Shown here: positions 47,315-56,830 of the stretch, one piece after another
Position numbering within the stretch: position 1 is the stretch's first letter
Layout of the letters: every line of letters begins with the position of its first letter
Source of the DNA: Thermoanaerobaculia bacterium
GTDB lineage: Bacteria; Acidobacteriota; Thermoanaerobaculia; Multivoradales; Multivoraceae
Direction: 5' to 3'
Length of the DNA: 64,000 nt
NCBI GenBank assembly: GCA_963666565.1
Contig: OY762911.1
Location: 2,816,001 to 2,880,000 of the forward strand
Made by a program: the position numbers and the translations under genes
The notes under the pieces: generated by a model
The model's database searches: none
What the model was told of the DNA's origin: nothing
What the model saw: only the letters and a program-made list of their open reading frames with translations

Positions 47315-48268
47315 TTAGTCGGCTATCTGAAACGGCGCCGACCATTCCATCGTGCCCCAGCGGATCGTCAGCATCCCGGCTGCGCCGTCCATCTCCAGCA
47401 CGCCCTCCGTCTGCTCCGCCGGTTCGTCGAGGGTGCGGAAGGCCAGCGGCGTCTCGCCGGCGTCGTGTTCCGCCATGTGCATCGTGCCCCAGACGTCGGC
47501 CAGGTGGTTGAAGACGAGCTTCCAGCCGTCTCCCTCGCGCTTGAGCCAGAGGCTGTAGACGCCGGGGTAGGTAGGCCCGTGGTTGTGGGCGGCCACTTCC
47601 GCGTCCTCGAACGCCAGGTCGGCGTCTGTCCAGAACTTGAACGGCTTGCCGTGGATCGGCCCCAGGACCTCGCCGTCGGCGAGAGTCTCCAGCTTGTCGT
47701 AGTCGGGGCCGGGCGCCGGCAGGAGGTCGAAGCGGAGCCGGATCGCCTGCCCGTCGACTTCGACCCGGGACTGGGCGAGGTCGTCGCGGTCGCCGACCGG
47801 CTGGCGCTCGACGATGATGCCGGCCGCTTCGGCGGCCTCCTTCGTCACGCCCTTGACGTCGGCGTTGAAGAAGCCGGTCTCCAGCTTCCCGGCCAGTTCG
47901 TCGCCCTCCCGCGCGAGTTCCAGCTCGACCGGCACGAGCTGGCCGCCGAGTTCGAGGTTCCACTTGAGCAGGACGCCCGTCCCGGTGCGGGCGATGTTCT
48001 CGACCGTCACGTCGGCCAGGCGGGCCAGGTAGAAATCGGCTATCGCCTTGCCGTCGTCGTCGGCGAACGTGATCAGGCTGTTGAGCGAGCCCTGCTGGGT
48101 GAGCACCTCGAGCACCCACTCGCCGAGAAACGGCTCGATCTCGGCCGTGTCGGCGCGCTCGGCGGACGCTGGCGCCGGCGGCGGTTCCTGGGCCAGTGCC
48201 GGTCCGGCCAGCAGAAGCGCGGCCAGGAACGGGAGGACGTTGGGTCTGCGGTGCGGGTCTTTTGCCAT
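47315..48268 (-). CDS. Secreted protein with C-terminal DUF2911-like domain
   Basis: Signal peptide; PGVYSLW, WKLVFN..WGT, LTIRWG. Confidence 0.65.
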   Translation of the reverse strand: MAKDPHRRPNVLPFLAALLLAGPALAQEPPPAPASAERADTAEIEPFLGEWVLEVLTQQGSLNSLITFADDDGKAIADFYLARLADVTVENIARTGTGVLLKWNLELGGQLVPVELELAREGDELAGKLETGFFNADVKGVTKEAAEAAGIIVERQPVGDRDDLAQSRVEVDGQAIRLRFDLLPAPGPDYDKLETLADGEVLGPIHGKPFKFWTDADLAFEDAEVAAHNHGPTYPGVYSLWLKREGDGWKLVFNHLADVWGTMHMAEHDAGETPLAFRTLDEPAEQTEGVLEMDGAAGMLTIRWGTMEWSAPFQIAD

Positions 48269-48360
48269 GCCGGATAGGCCCTCCTGGTGAACGGGATTCC
48301 CGCGGACGGGTCCGGTCGTCCGCGACGGGCGAGTCTACTAACAGCGGACGCGCCGTTGAC

Positions 48361-49557
48361 TCAGAAGTAGTCGGGCATGGAAGGCGGCGGACCGGCGAAG
48401 ATCCGGTCGGCCTCGTTCAGGGACGCGGCCGGTCCTTCCGCCAGGCCCAGGTCGGCCAGGCGGCGGGCGCTGAGGTGGCCGGTGTAGAGCGATGCGAGAG
48501 CGCGGATGTCCAGGCGCAGCGTGCCGGGCCCGGCCTCGCGCTCCGCGCGGGCGAGTTCGCCGGCGCCGCCGTCGACGCGGAGCGTCCAGCGGCCCCGGTT
48601 CCCGGCCAGGACGTCGTCCTCGACCTCGAGATCGAGGCGGGCGGCGAGACCGGGCGGATAGCCGCGTTCGCCGAACGCGGCGCCGATATCGACGATCCGC
48701 AGCATCCAGGTCTCGGCCACGGAGATCTCGGTGCCGAGCTCCGGCACGTGGAGCAGCAGGTGGTCGTCCAGCGCGCCGTGCCAGGTCGCGTCTCGCGCCA
48801 GGGTCCGGCAGTCCGCGAACAGCGCGAGGATCCGGCGGGCGGCGCGGGCGTTCGCGGCCTGCACGTCGCGGACCTCGATGCTGTAGGGGTAGCGTTCCGG
48901 CTCGCCCTGGGTGTAGACGACGTAGCCGTCCAGTCCGCCGTTCTCGCCCGGAACCGCATAGCCGTGAATCTCCTCGCCGCCGAGGTCGCGGTAGACCCGG
49001 TCCCAGATGAAGCGGTCGCGGTCGAGCCAGCCGTTGCGGTATGTGGCGAGGCGCCGGTAGAGCCGCTCGATGTCCTTGCGGTCGGCGTCCCGGTCGAGCC
49101 GCCGCAGCTCGCCATCGGCGACGATGCGGCCGACCCCGGCCAGGGGCAGGCGGTAGCGGTAGCGGTGGCCGGCGACGGCGTAGCCGGCGCGGCCGTAGAG
49201 CGTGAAGGTCGTGGGGTAGAGGGTCGAGACCGCGACGCCCTCCTCGCGGAGTTCGGCGAGCATCGACGTCATCAGCGTCTTCGCGGCGCCGCGGCCGCGG
49301 GCCGTCGGGTCGACCGCGACGCTGGCGATGCCCACGTTGCGGACGGAGCGGCCGCCCAGGAAGAGGCCCATCCGGAACTGGACGAGCCCTCCCACGACGT
49401 CGCCGCCGCGTCGCACCAGGCGCACGCCGTCCCGCATCGCCCGCAGCCCGGCGAGGCAGGAGTCGCGCGGGGCGTTGAAGGCCAGTGCGTCGTTGGCGGC
49501 CTGGGCCTCCAGTTCCGCGTCGTCGCGGATGGCGCCGAAGTCGAGCCGGTCGGTCAC
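48361..49557 (-). CDS. Eis-like GNAT acetyltransferase with SCP2-like C-terminus
   Basis: GIASVAVDPTARGRG, STLYP..LYGRAGY, WMLRIVD, LASLYTG, PDYF terminus; GTG start at 49557. Confidence 0.87.
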   Translation of the reverse strand: MTDRLDFGAIRDDAELEAQAANDALAFNAPRDSCLAGLRAMRDGVRLVRRGGDVVGGLVQFRMGLFLGGRSVRNVGIASVAVDPTARGRGAAKTLMTSMLAELREEGVAVSTLYPTTFTLYGRAGYAVAGHRYRYRLPLAGVGRIVADGELRRLDRDADRKDIERLYRRLATYRNGWLDRDRFIWDRVYRDLGGEEIHGYAVPGENGGLDGYVVYTQGEPERYPYSIEVRDVQAANARAARRILALFADCRTLARDATWHGALDDHLLLHVPELGTEISVAETWMLRIVDIGAAFGERGYPPGLAARLDLEVEDDVLAGNRGRWTLRVDGGAGELARAEREAGPGTLRLDIRALASLYTGHLSARRLADLGLAEGPAASLNEADRIFAGPPPSMPDYF

Positions 49558-49585
49558 GGTGCCGGAGTCTACTTGCCTCTCAGCA

Positions 49586-49656
49586 CTGGGTACGCGGGTC
49601 TTCCGACCCGCTGCCGCCGAAGGCGGCCGGGAGTACGAGCCGGCCGCAAGGCCGGC
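49586..49656 (+). repeat. REP-like element (full three-hairpin copy)
   Basis: ctgggtac-gcgggtc ttcc gacccgc-t-gccgcc gaa ggcggc...gccggcc gcaa ggccggc. Confidence 0.85.
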
Positions 49657-49750
49657 CACGCTGGCGGCGCCGGGTTGCCGTCTCTCGATCGTGTGGGGCA
49701 AGATCCCCGGAGGCCCCGCTGGCGGGCGCCTTCTCGACGGGTTTCAGAAG

Positions 49751-50830
49751 TTGACGGCAATCGTCCGAACGGAGCGGCTGAGCAAGAGCTACGGCGCGGT
49801 GACCGCGCTCGACGGCGTCGGCTTCGAGTGCAAGGCGGGCGACGTGGTCGGCGTTCTGGGGCTCAACGGCGCCGGCAAGTCGACGCTGCTCAGGATCCTG
49901 GCCGGCGAGCTTCTGCCCAGCGGCGGCAGCGTCTCGATCGGAGGGGTGGAACTGGGGGCCGACTCGCGGGCGATGCGTTCGCTGGTGGGCTACCTGCCCG
50001 AGGAACCGCCGCTCTACCGGGAGATGCGCGTGCGCGACTACCTCGCCTTCGCCGGCGCGCTGAACGGCGTGCCCCGGCCGGAGCTTCCGGGCCGCATCGC
50101 GGCGGTGGCCGAACGGGTCCACGTCGACGATCACCTGGACCGCGAGATCGGCGAGCTGTCGATGGGCTACCGCAAGCGCGTCGGCATCGCCCAGGCGATC
50201 CTGCACGAGCCGGACGTCGTCCTGCTCGACGAGCCCGTGTCCTCACTCGACCCGGCCGAGATCGTCGGCATGAGGGAACTCGTGCGCTCCCTGGGCGGCC
50301 GGCGGACCGTGTTCACCTCGTCCCACCACCTGCGCGAGGTCCACGAGACCTGCGACTCGATCCTCGTGCTCCACGAGGGCGCGCTGGTCGCCCACGGCAC
50401 GCAGGAAGAACTCGGCGCCCTCGCGGGCCGGATGCGGATCGAGGTGGAGGTCCGGGGTCCGGTCGAGGCCGCTCTGTCGAGCCTTCCCGCGGGCGCCGCG
50501 GCGGTCGCCTCGGCGGAACTCGGCGGCGGCCTGGCCGCCGTCACGATCGAGCTGGCGGAGGCGTCGCGGGAGGAGGTCGTGGCCCGCCTCGTAGCGGCGG
50601 GCCTGGGCGTGCGCCGGGTCGAGCCGGTGCGCTCCGACCTGGAACGGATCTTCCTCGACATCGTCTCGAACGACGGCGTTGCCGAGGCGTCTGGCGCCGC
50701 CGCCGGGGATGCCGGAGCCGCCGCCGGGGATGCCGGAGCCGCCGCCGGGGATGCCGGAGCCGCCGCCGGGAATGCCAGAGCCGGTGACGGGGGTTCCGGC
50801 GCCCGCGCCGCGGGGATCGGCGACCGATGA
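49751..50830 (+). CDS. ABC-2 type ATPase (GldA-like)
   Basis: GLNGAGKST, GYLPEEPPLY, LSMGYRKRVGIAQA, LLDEP; TTG start inferred. Confidence 0.88.
   Translation: MTAIVRTERLSKSYGAVTALDGVGFECKAGDVVGVLGLNGAGKSTLLRILAGELLPSGGSVSIGGVELGADSRAMRSLVGYLPEEPPLYREMRVRDYLAFAGALNGVPRPELPGRIAAVAERVHVDDHLDREIGELSMGYRKRVGIAQAILHEPDVVLLDEPVSSLDPAEIVGMRELVRSLGGRRTVFTSSHHLREVHETCDSILVLHEGALVAHGTQEELGALAGRMRIEVEVRGPVEAALSSLPAGAAAVASAELGGGLAAVTIELAEASREEVVARLVAAGLGVRRVEPVRSDLERIFLDIVSNDGVAEASGAAAGDAGAAAGDAGAAAGDAGAAAGNARAGDGGSGARAAGIGDR
50696..50779 (+). repeat. 21-bp coding tandem repeat x4 (AAAGDAG)
   Basis: gccgccgccggggatgccgga x3 plus gccgccgccgggaatgccaga. Confidence 0.9.
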
Positions 50831-51549
50831 ACGCGGTCCTGCTGATCGCCCGCCGCGAGTTGCGCGCCGCCTTCGCCGGGCTCTACGGCTGGGCGATCCT
50901 GGCCCTGGTCCTCATGCTCGACGGCCTGTTCTTCAACGCGTACACGCTGGGCAGCCAGCGGCCCTCGTCCGAGGTGCTGAGCCTGTTCTTCTACGCGAAC
51001 TTCGGCGTCACGATGGCGGCGGCCGTGTTCGTGACGATGCGCTCCTTCGCCGCCGAGCGGGAGCAGCGCACCCTGGTGCTGCTGCTGACCTCGCCCGCCG
51101 GCGACTGGCAGGTGGTGCTCGGCAAGTACCTGGGCGCGCTGGGCTTCGTGCTCTGCACGGTGGCGGCCGCGGCCTACATCCCGGCGATGGTCTGGCTCAA
51201 GGGCAACCTGGAGTGGGGGCAGGCGGCGGCCGGCTACCTCGGCATCGCGCTCGCGGCCGCGGTCTGCACCGCGATCGGCATCTTCTGTTCGGCAACGGCC
51301 CCGAACCAGTTGGCCGCGGGCGTCTCGGCTGGCTTCCTGGTCACGCTCCAGGTCCTGTTCTGGCTCCTCTCCGGAATCAGCGAGCCGCCGCTCGACGGCG
51401 TGTTCGCCGCGATGGACCTCTACCGCGAGCACTTCGAGCCGTTCCAGGACGGCGCGGTCCACCTGAAGACCCTGGTCTACGCGCCGACGGTCTCCTTCCT
51501 GTTCCTGCTCGGCAGCGTGCGCGTGCTGCAGGCGCGGAGGTGGACGTGA
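50827..51549 (+). CDS. ABC-2 permease (GldF-like)
   Basis: IARRELRA, TMRSFAAERE..TL.LLLTSP, VLGKYLG, NQLAA. Confidence 0.87.
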   Translation: MNAVLLIARRELRAAFAGLYGWAILALVLMLDGLFFNAYTLGSQRPSSEVLSLFFYANFGVTMAAAVFVTMRSFAAEREQRTLVLLLTSPAGDWQVVLGKYLGALGFVLCTVAAAAYIPAMVWLKGNLEWGQAAAGYLGIALAAAVCTAIGIFCSATAPNQLAAGVSAGFLVTLQVLFWLLSGISEPPLDGVFAAMDLYREHFEPFQDGAVHLKTLVYAPTVSFLFLLGSVRVLQARRWT

Positions 51550-53441
51550 ATCGGCTGCGACGCGCGGCGCCGGCGCTGTGGCTCGGCGGTTCCGCCCTGA
51601 TCCTGGCCGGCGAGCGCTACGCCGGGCCGGGAACGGTCCGCTGGCTGCTCGACGGGGCGGGGGCGGCGCTCGCGGCGGCTGCTCTCGCGGTCTGCGCGAG
51701 GGAGTTCGCGGGCGCGAGCGGCTCGGCGCGGGCCGCGGCGAAGCGGGCGCTCGGATTCTACGGTCTGGCGGCGCTGGGGTTGCTGCTCCATCCGCTGAGC
51801 TGGAGCGGAATGGCCGACCGGCTCGACTTCGACGACGACGGCGCCGCAACCTGGCGGGCGGTGTGGACGGTGGCCTGGCTGCTGGCCTGGTGGGTGGGAA
51901 CGGCGGCGGCGGTCGGCGGCGACTGGGTCCGCTACCGGGGCGGCGGCCTGGAACCGCGCCGGGTGCGGGCCGCGACCGCGGCGGCGGCCAGCCTGGCCCT
52001 CGCCGTGGCCTGGGTGTTCGCCCTCAACTACACGGCCGGCGAACGCGACCGGCTGTGGGAGTGGAGCGCCCGCAGCAGGGCGCGGGTGTCGGAAGCGACG
52101 CTGGAACTCGTCGGTGCGCTGCGCGAGCCGGTCCAGGTCGTCGCGTTCTTCCCGCCCGCGAACCGGGTGCTGCGCCGGATCGAGCCGTTCCTCGGCGAGG
52201 TCGCGGCGGCCGGTCCGGTGGAGGTGACGGTGCTCGACCAGGCGCTGGAACCGACCAGGGCGGCCGAACTCGGCGCCCGCGAGAACGGCGTGCTCTTCCT
52301 CCTGCGCGGAGGCGACCAGCGGCGGATCGAGCTCGACGTGGACTACGACCGGGCGAAGCGCAGCCTGGGATCGCTCGACCGGGACTTCCAGGAGGCCCTG
52401 CTCGAGATCGGACGGGAACGGCGGACCCTCTACGTGACGGCGGGGCACGGCGAGCGGGGCGAGTACGCGAACGACGTCGGCGAGCCGGGGCTCGGCAACG
52501 CCTTCGCGATCCTGAGAGCGCTCAACGTGAGCACCCGGAATCTGCCGGTGGCCGACTTGATCCAGGACCTGCCGCCGGATGCCGGCGTGGTCGCGGCCTT
52601 CGGGCCGACCCGGCGCTTCCTGCCCGAGGAAGCCGACAGCCTGCGCCGCTTCTGGAACCGGGGCGGGTCCATCCTGCTGCTGCTGGAGCCGGGGGTGGAC
52701 CACGGGTTGGACGAACTGCTGGCCGAGATGGCCGTGCGGCGGCTCGACGGCACGGTCGCGAACGAGCGCTACCACCTGCGCCGGGACGGCGGCGCGAGCG
52801 ACCGGAGGCTGCTCGTGACGAACCGCTTCGGCAGCCACGCGACCGTCAGCGATCTTTCGCGAGCGTCGAGCCGGATCGGGCTGGTGCTCGAAGGGGCCGC
52901 AGGGCTGGAGGGCGTGGCCGGCGGCCCGGCGCGGTCGAGCGTGCTGGTGCGGCCGATGACCGGGAGCTGGCTCGAGATCGACGGCGACTTCGAGCGCGAC
53001 GGCGATGCGGAACCGGACCGGATCGAGGCGCTGGCGATGGCCTCGACGTTGCCGGCGGAGGACGCGGGGAACGCCGCCGACTCGGGGAACGCGGGCGTGT
53101 CGCCCCCCGCGCAAGGCGGCGTCGAGAGCCGTGCCATCGTCATCGGCGACGTCGACGCGCTGAACGACGACTACGTCTACGTCAGCGGTCCGGGCGCTAT
53201 GTCGGCCAACGCCAAGCTGCTGCTCGACGCCTACGTGTGGCTGGCGCGGGAAGGCGAGACGGCGGTCGCCAGCGTGCCGGGGGACGACGATCCCGTTCTC
53301 CAGCGCACCCGCGGCGAGTCGATCCGCTGGTTCCTCGGCACCGTCTTCGGCGTGCCGGCTTTGGTGCTGGCCGCGGGCTTCGGGTTCGTGCGCCGCCGCC
53401 GGCCGGGCGGCCGGCCGCGGCGGGGGAGGCGAGAACCGTGA
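51546..53441 (+). CDS. GldG-like ABC auxiliary protein
   Basis: N-terminal TM helices, SEATLELV, LYVTAGHGE, GGSILLLLEP, VIGDVD, C-terminal TM. Confidence 0.8.
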   Translation: MNRLRRAAPALWLGGSALILAGERYAGPGTVRWLLDGAGAALAAAALAVCAREFAGASGSARAAAKRALGFYGLAALGLLLHPLSWSGMADRLDFDDDGAATWRAVWTVAWLLAWWVGTAAAVGGDWVRYRGGGLEPRRVRAATAAAASLALAVAWVFALNYTAGERDRLWEWSARSRARVSEATLELVGALREPVQVVAFFPPANRVLRRIEPFLGEVAAAGPVEVTVLDQALEPTRAAELGARENGVLFLLRGGDQRRIELDVDYDRAKRSLGSLDRDFQEALLEIGRERRTLYVTAGHGERGEYANDVGEPGLGNAFAILRALNVSTRNLPVADLIQDLPPDAGVVAAFGPTRRFLPEEADSLRRFWNRGGSILLLLEPGVDHGLDELLAEMAVRRLDGTVANERYHLRRDGGASDRRLLVTNRFGSHATVSDLSRASSRIGLVLEGAAGLEGVAGGPARSSVLVRPMTGSWLEIDGDFERDGDAEPDRIEALAMASTLPAEDAGNAADSGNAGVSPPAQGGVESRAIVIGDVDALNDDYVYVSGPGAMSANAKLLLDAYVWLAREGETAVASVPGDDDPVLQRTRGESIRWFLGTVFGVPALVLAAGFGFVRRRRPGGRPRRGRREP

Positions 53442-54463
53442 CGCTTCGCGCCGCTCTCCCGTCGCTCGGCCCGGAATCGCCGTGGCGGTCGACCTGGCTC
53501 CATGCCGGCCTGCTGGCGCTGGCGCTTCTCGGCGCCTGGCTCTCGTTCGCGCGGCCGTTCGCGGACGATGCCGCCGGGGCGGCGGAGGGCGTCGTCGTCG
53601 TCCAGGCGGCCGAGGGCGAGGTCGAGCGGCTCGTTCACGAACGGGGAGACCGGACGCTGGTGATCGAGGCCCGGGAAGACGGCCTGGGCCGCTGGTTCGA
53701 GGGCCGCGATGGCGACGGTGCGCCGTTCGCCGGCGGCCGGCAGGTCGAGACGGTCTGGCGCGGCCTGGAGCCGCTGCGGGCGGTCCGGGTGCTGGACGGC
53801 GTGGACCAGGCGAAACTCGAGGAACTCGGCCTTGCGGGCGGCGAACCGCCCGCCGAGCACCTGACGCTCACCGTCCGCGGACGCGACATCCGGTTCTGGC
53901 TCGGCGGCCGGCCCTTCGGCGGCGCCGATCGCTATGCCCGCCGCGAAACGGGGCCGGACGAGTCCACCGAATCCGCCGGCCGGGTGCTGGTGCTGCCGTC
54001 CGGCGTCGTTTCGGGCCTTGGCGGGGCCGACCTGCTGATGGAGCGGCGTTTGCTCGCCGCGACGCGGCCCGAAGTGGAGGCGATGACGCTCCAGCGACTC
54101 GGCGGGACGGGCGAGCCGCTGGCGATCCGCCAGCGCACCGGCGCGACTCCGGCCGACACGTACTGGACGGTCGACGGATCGGACGAGGCCGACGCCGACA
54201 TCGCCGCCTGGGTCGACAAGTTCTTCCGTCTCTCCGTCGCCACCTACCGGGGCGGCGAACCCGCGGCGGACTGGCGGCCCGAGGCGAGCATCGCAGTTGA
54301 CTCCCGCGGGCACGGCGCCTCGACGTTCGAGATCTGGTCCGCACCCGCCGGGGAAGGCCGCGCGTGGCTGGCCCGCTCCCCCTTCACGCGGCTCGTCGTC
54401 GAACTGAGCGCGCCGCTCGCCGAGGAGGTCTGCGCCGATCTCGACGGACTGATCCCCGGCTGA
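53438..54463 (+). CDS. DUF4340-like membrane-anchored protein
   Basis: Single N-terminal TM, LEELGL motif; typical fourth gene of GldAFG-like operons; GTGA overlap. Confidence 0.65.
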   Translation: MTLRAALPSLGPESPWRSTWLHAGLLALALLGAWLSFARPFADDAAGAAEGVVVVQAAEGEVERLVHERGDRTLVIEAREDGLGRWFEGRDGDGAPFAGGRQVETVWRGLEPLRAVRVLDGVDQAKLEELGLAGGEPPAEHLTLTVRGRDIRFWLGGRPFGGADRYARRETGPDESTESAGRVLVLPSGVVSGLGGADLLMERRLLAATRPEVEAMTLQRLGGTGEPLAIRQRTGATPADTYWTVDGSDEADADIAAWVDKFFRLSVATYRGGEPAADWRPEASIAVDSRGHGASTFEIWSAPAGEGRAWLARSPFTRLVVELSAPLAEEVCADLDGLIPG

Positions 54464-54484
54464 GGCGGCTAGACTGCGCCACCT

Positions 54485-55318
54485 ATGGACATCGGCATCT
54501 TCATGTTTCCCACTGGCGACGCGATCCGGCCCGACGAACTCGGCGCCGAGGTCGAGGCGCGCGGCTTCGAGTCCCTCTGGGTCCCGGAGCACACCCACAT
54601 CCCCACCTCGCGGCGGACGCCCTTCCCGGGCGGCGGCGAGCTTCCGCCGGAGTACTCCCGGACGCACGACCCGTTCGTGGCGTTGACGGCGGCCGCGTCG
54701 GCCACGAAGACGATCAGGCTCGGCACCGGCATCTGCCTGATCGTCGAGCGCGACACGATCACCACCGCCAAGGCGGTGGCGAGTCTGGACGTGCTCTCGG
54801 GGGGCCGCTTCGTCTTCGGCATCGGCGGTGGCTGGAACCGGGAGGAGATGGAGCACCACGGCACGGACTACGCGACCCGCTTCGCGAAGCTGGAGGAGCA
54901 GGTGGACGCCTTCAAGACGATCTGGAGCGAGGACGAGGCGGAGTTCCACGGCCGGCACGTGGACTTCGAGCCGATCTGGTCCTGGCCGAAGCCGGAGCAG
55001 AAGCCCCATCCGCCGATTCTGCTTGGCGGCGGCACCGGCTACACCCGCCAGCGCGTCGTCGATCGTTGCGACGGCTGGCTTCCCATCGGCCGCTCGACCG
55101 AGGCGGTGCTCGACGGCATCGGGGACCTGAAGCAGCGCGCCGAGCGCGCCGGCCGCGCCATGGACACGATCTCCATCAGCGTCTTCGGCGCGCCCCCGCA
55201 GCGGGAGGTGCTCGACGCCTACGCCGAGGCCGGCGTCGACCGCGTCATCCTGCCGCTGCCGCCGGAAGGCCGCGACCGGAACCTGCCTCGCCTCGACCGC
55301 TACGCGACGCTGCGGTAG
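54485..55318 (+). CDS. LLM-class putative F420-dependent oxidoreductase (Rv2161c-like)
   Basis: GFESLWVPEHTHIP, DPFVAL, AKAVASLDVLSGGRF..G.GWN.EE, WPKP.Q.PHPP. Confidence 0.88.
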   Translation: MDIGIFMFPTGDAIRPDELGAEVEARGFESLWVPEHTHIPTSRRTPFPGGGELPPEYSRTHDPFVALTAAASATKTIRLGTGICLIVERDTITTAKAVASLDVLSGGRFVFGIGGGWNREEMEHHGTDYATRFAKLEEQVDAFKTIWSEDEAEFHGRHVDFEPIWSWPKPEQKPHPPILLGGGTGYTRQRVVDRCDGWLPIGRSTEAVLDGIGDLKQRAERAGRAMDTISISVFGAPPQREVLDAYAEAGVDRVILPLPPEGRDRNLPRLDRYATLR

Positions 55319-55428
55319 CTGCCTGGACGTCGCTGCGTGGGGTCAAGCGTTGTTCTGGCCGTTCAGTTTCCGAAACACCCGGCAAAACGGAGTTTGGATG
55401 GACAGAATGACGGTCGAGCGCTAGGCGC

Positions 55429-55626
55429 CCCCGTGATCCGAGTGGCCTCCGCGCCTTCGTGGCGGACTACCCGGAGGCTACGCCGGTGCTCCTCTACGGC
55501 GGCCGTCGCACGCTCACGAACGGCATCCTCTGCCTGCCGTACGACGGTTTCCTTCGCAGCCTCGTTCCCGGCCGTTCCTTCGACGACATCCTGGCCGCGG
55601 TCGGCGACGCGAACAGGCCCGCCTAG
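55429..55626 (+). pseudogene. C-terminal remnant of an AAA+ ATPase / DUF4143-family gene
   Basis: Frame reads PRDPSGLRAFVADYPEATPVLLYGGRRTLTNGILCLPYDGFLRSLVPG..*, resembling the C-terminus of AAA_14-DUF4143 proteins; rest of the gene absent. Confidence 0.55.
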
Positions 55627-56786
55627 CGGCCCGTGGCCAGGTCGGCCGCCGTCTCTTCGACCAGCAGGTCGACGACGTCGCGCAGCGCCTCCTCCTGGGT
55701 CGCTCCTTCCAGGACGCGGAGGCGGTACAGGTCGAGCTGCCGGTCGGCGCTCGAGCCGTTGCGGACGATCTCCAGGCACCGCCGCAGCTCGGCTTCGCAG
55801 CCCAGCGCGCGGGCGTCCTCGGCGAGCTCCTCGACCAGCGCCTCCAGCTCGTCCGCGATGTCGATCCGGCCGCCGCGCCGGGTGTCGCCCAGGAACGCCA
55901 CCAGGCCGTAGCGCTGGGCCAGCCACTTGTTCTCCACGATGATCACGGTCGGCGGTTCGGGCGGCAGCGTGCCCTCCCGGTCGCAGCGCGCGAGGTTCCG
56001 GATCAGCGAGGCGTAGAGGGCGGCGATGGAGAGCGCGTCCTCGATCGACGGACACGTGTCGCAGACGCGCAGCTCGATGGTGGGGAACCGGTGCGAGGGA
56101 CGGATGTCCCACCAGATCTCGCTGCCGTCCTTGATGAACTCCATGCGCTGGTACTCGCCGACGAGGGCCTCGTAGTCCTCCCGGCCGGCGAGCGGTCCCG
56201 GAATGCTGGTCCGCGGCATCGCCTCGAAGAGGTTCAGCCGGTGGCACTTGAACCCGGACTCGCGACCGCCGCCGAAGGGCGACGAGCCGGACAGGCCGAT
56301 GAACAGCGGCAGGTAGCGCCGCAGAGCGGTCATCACCCGGATCCGGGAATCGAAGTCGGCGAAGCCGGCGTGGACGTGCATGCCGCAGATGACCAGTCGC
56401 CGGACCGTCTCCTGGAAGGTGGAGGCGAACTCCCGGTAGCGTTCCTTCGCCGTCGGCAACTGCGATTCCCAGGCGGCGAAGGGGTGGCTCGAGGCGGCCA
56501 TGGCTTCGGCCCCGTGGGCGCGGGCGGCGTCGACGACAATCCCGCGGGCCGCTCTCATGCCCTCGCGCAGATCGGCCACCGACTCGTGGACGGCCGTGTT
56601 CGTCTCGATCTGGGACCGGAGGAACTCGCGGACCACCTGTTCCCGGCCCGCGGCCCGATCGCAGGCTTCGAAGATGCCGGGGTCGGGATCCGGCAGCAGG
56701 TCGCGGGTTTCGGGATCGATCAGGAAGAGTTCTTCCTCGACTCCGAGTGTGATCGTAACGTCGTTGCCGCTTGTGGATGCGCTCAT
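55623..56786 (-). CDS. ybdK: Carboxylate-amine ligase (YbdK / glutamate--cysteine ligase 2 family)
   Basis: TLGVEEE, QIET, CGMHVH, SSPF, WWDIRP, TIELRVCD, ENKWLAQRYG. Confidence 0.9.
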   Translation of the reverse strand: MSASTSGNDVTITLGVEEELFLIDPETRDLLPDPDPGIFEACDRAAGREQVVREFLRSQIETNTAVHESVADLREGMRAARGIVVDAARAHGAEAMAASSHPFAAWESQLPTAKERYREFASTFQETVRRLVICGMHVHAGFADFDSRIRVMTALRRYLPLFIGLSGSSPFGGGRESGFKCHRLNLFEAMPRTSIPGPLAGREDYEALVGEYQRMEFIKDGSEIWWDIRPSHRFPTIELRVCDTCPSIEDALSIAALYASLIRNLARCDREGTLPPEPPTVIIVENKWLAQRYGLVAFLGDTRRGGRIDIADELEALVEELAEDARALGCEAELRRCLEIVRNGSSADRQLDLYRLRVLEGATQEEALRDVVDLLVEETAADLATGR

Positions 56787-56830
56787 CGTGCGGCTACTTT
56801 ATGCCTTTGGAGTCGGCGACGGAAGCCACC

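Noticed and set aside
49751-54463. Gliding motility locus
   Set aside because: GldA/F/G-like ABC systems with DUF4340 are widespread in non-gliding bacteria; no gldK-N or spr genes here
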